A DNA stretch of 64,000 bases from positions 4,951,374 through 5,015,373 of the forward strand of contig CM082583.2 of the NCBI GenBank assembly GCA_040954595.2, given 5' to 3'. The notes beneath the pieces were generated by a model. That model had not been told where the DNA came from, did no database searches, and saw only the letters and a program-made list of their open reading frames with translations. How positions within the stretch are numbered: the first letter of the stretch is position 1; each line of letters begins with the position of its first letter. Position numbers and translations under genes: made by a program. This document shows positions 63,901 to 64,000 of the stretch, piece by piece. This stretch comes from Balanoglossus misakiensis (taxonomy: Eukaryota > Animalia > Hemichordata).

Positions 63901-64000
63901 GCATTGTTCATATGAAAAGCACACTTTGTATCTGTCTGCAAAAGTTCTAGGAATGTTTCCACTCGCAGTCAAAATAAATTGATGAATTCACCAGACATCA

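Noticed and set aside
1-64000. Prokaryotic systems (CRISPR arrays, operons, retrons) and tRNA/rRNA genes
   Set aside because: The window is intron-containing animal DNA; no spaced direct-repeat array or structured RNA gene was recognised, and the RT is a non-LTR retrotransposon type

Overview
Animal genomic DNA with spliceosomal introns; probably a marine invertebrate, but the taxon cannot be fixed from sequence alone. (1) On the - strand are 16 coding exons of the mismatch-repair gene MSH3 (ATG 9292 down to 3114, about 856 codons); the ATPase exons lie left of the window. One of its introns is a U12-type AT-AC intron (7297-7509). (2) A GC-rich, nearly intronless SGNH/GDSL-fold type II membrane protein gene (766/1300-2879, + strand) is nested antisense inside an MSH3 intron. 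(3) A candidate bidirectional promoter with YY1 and RFX X-box motifs lies at about 9.3-9.9 kb, with no DHFR evident. (4) A young 5'-truncated CR1/L2-group LINE (about 10070-11674) has an intact RT frame, a 3' stem-loop and a (CAATTA)n tail, and interrupts a small palindromic element. (5) A + strand RCC1-repeat gene has six exons at 18498-42012 and continues beyond the window; its long introns carry X-boxes, homeodomain-site clusters and several MITE families. All exon boundaries were inferred by hand from splice signals and reading-frame continuity.
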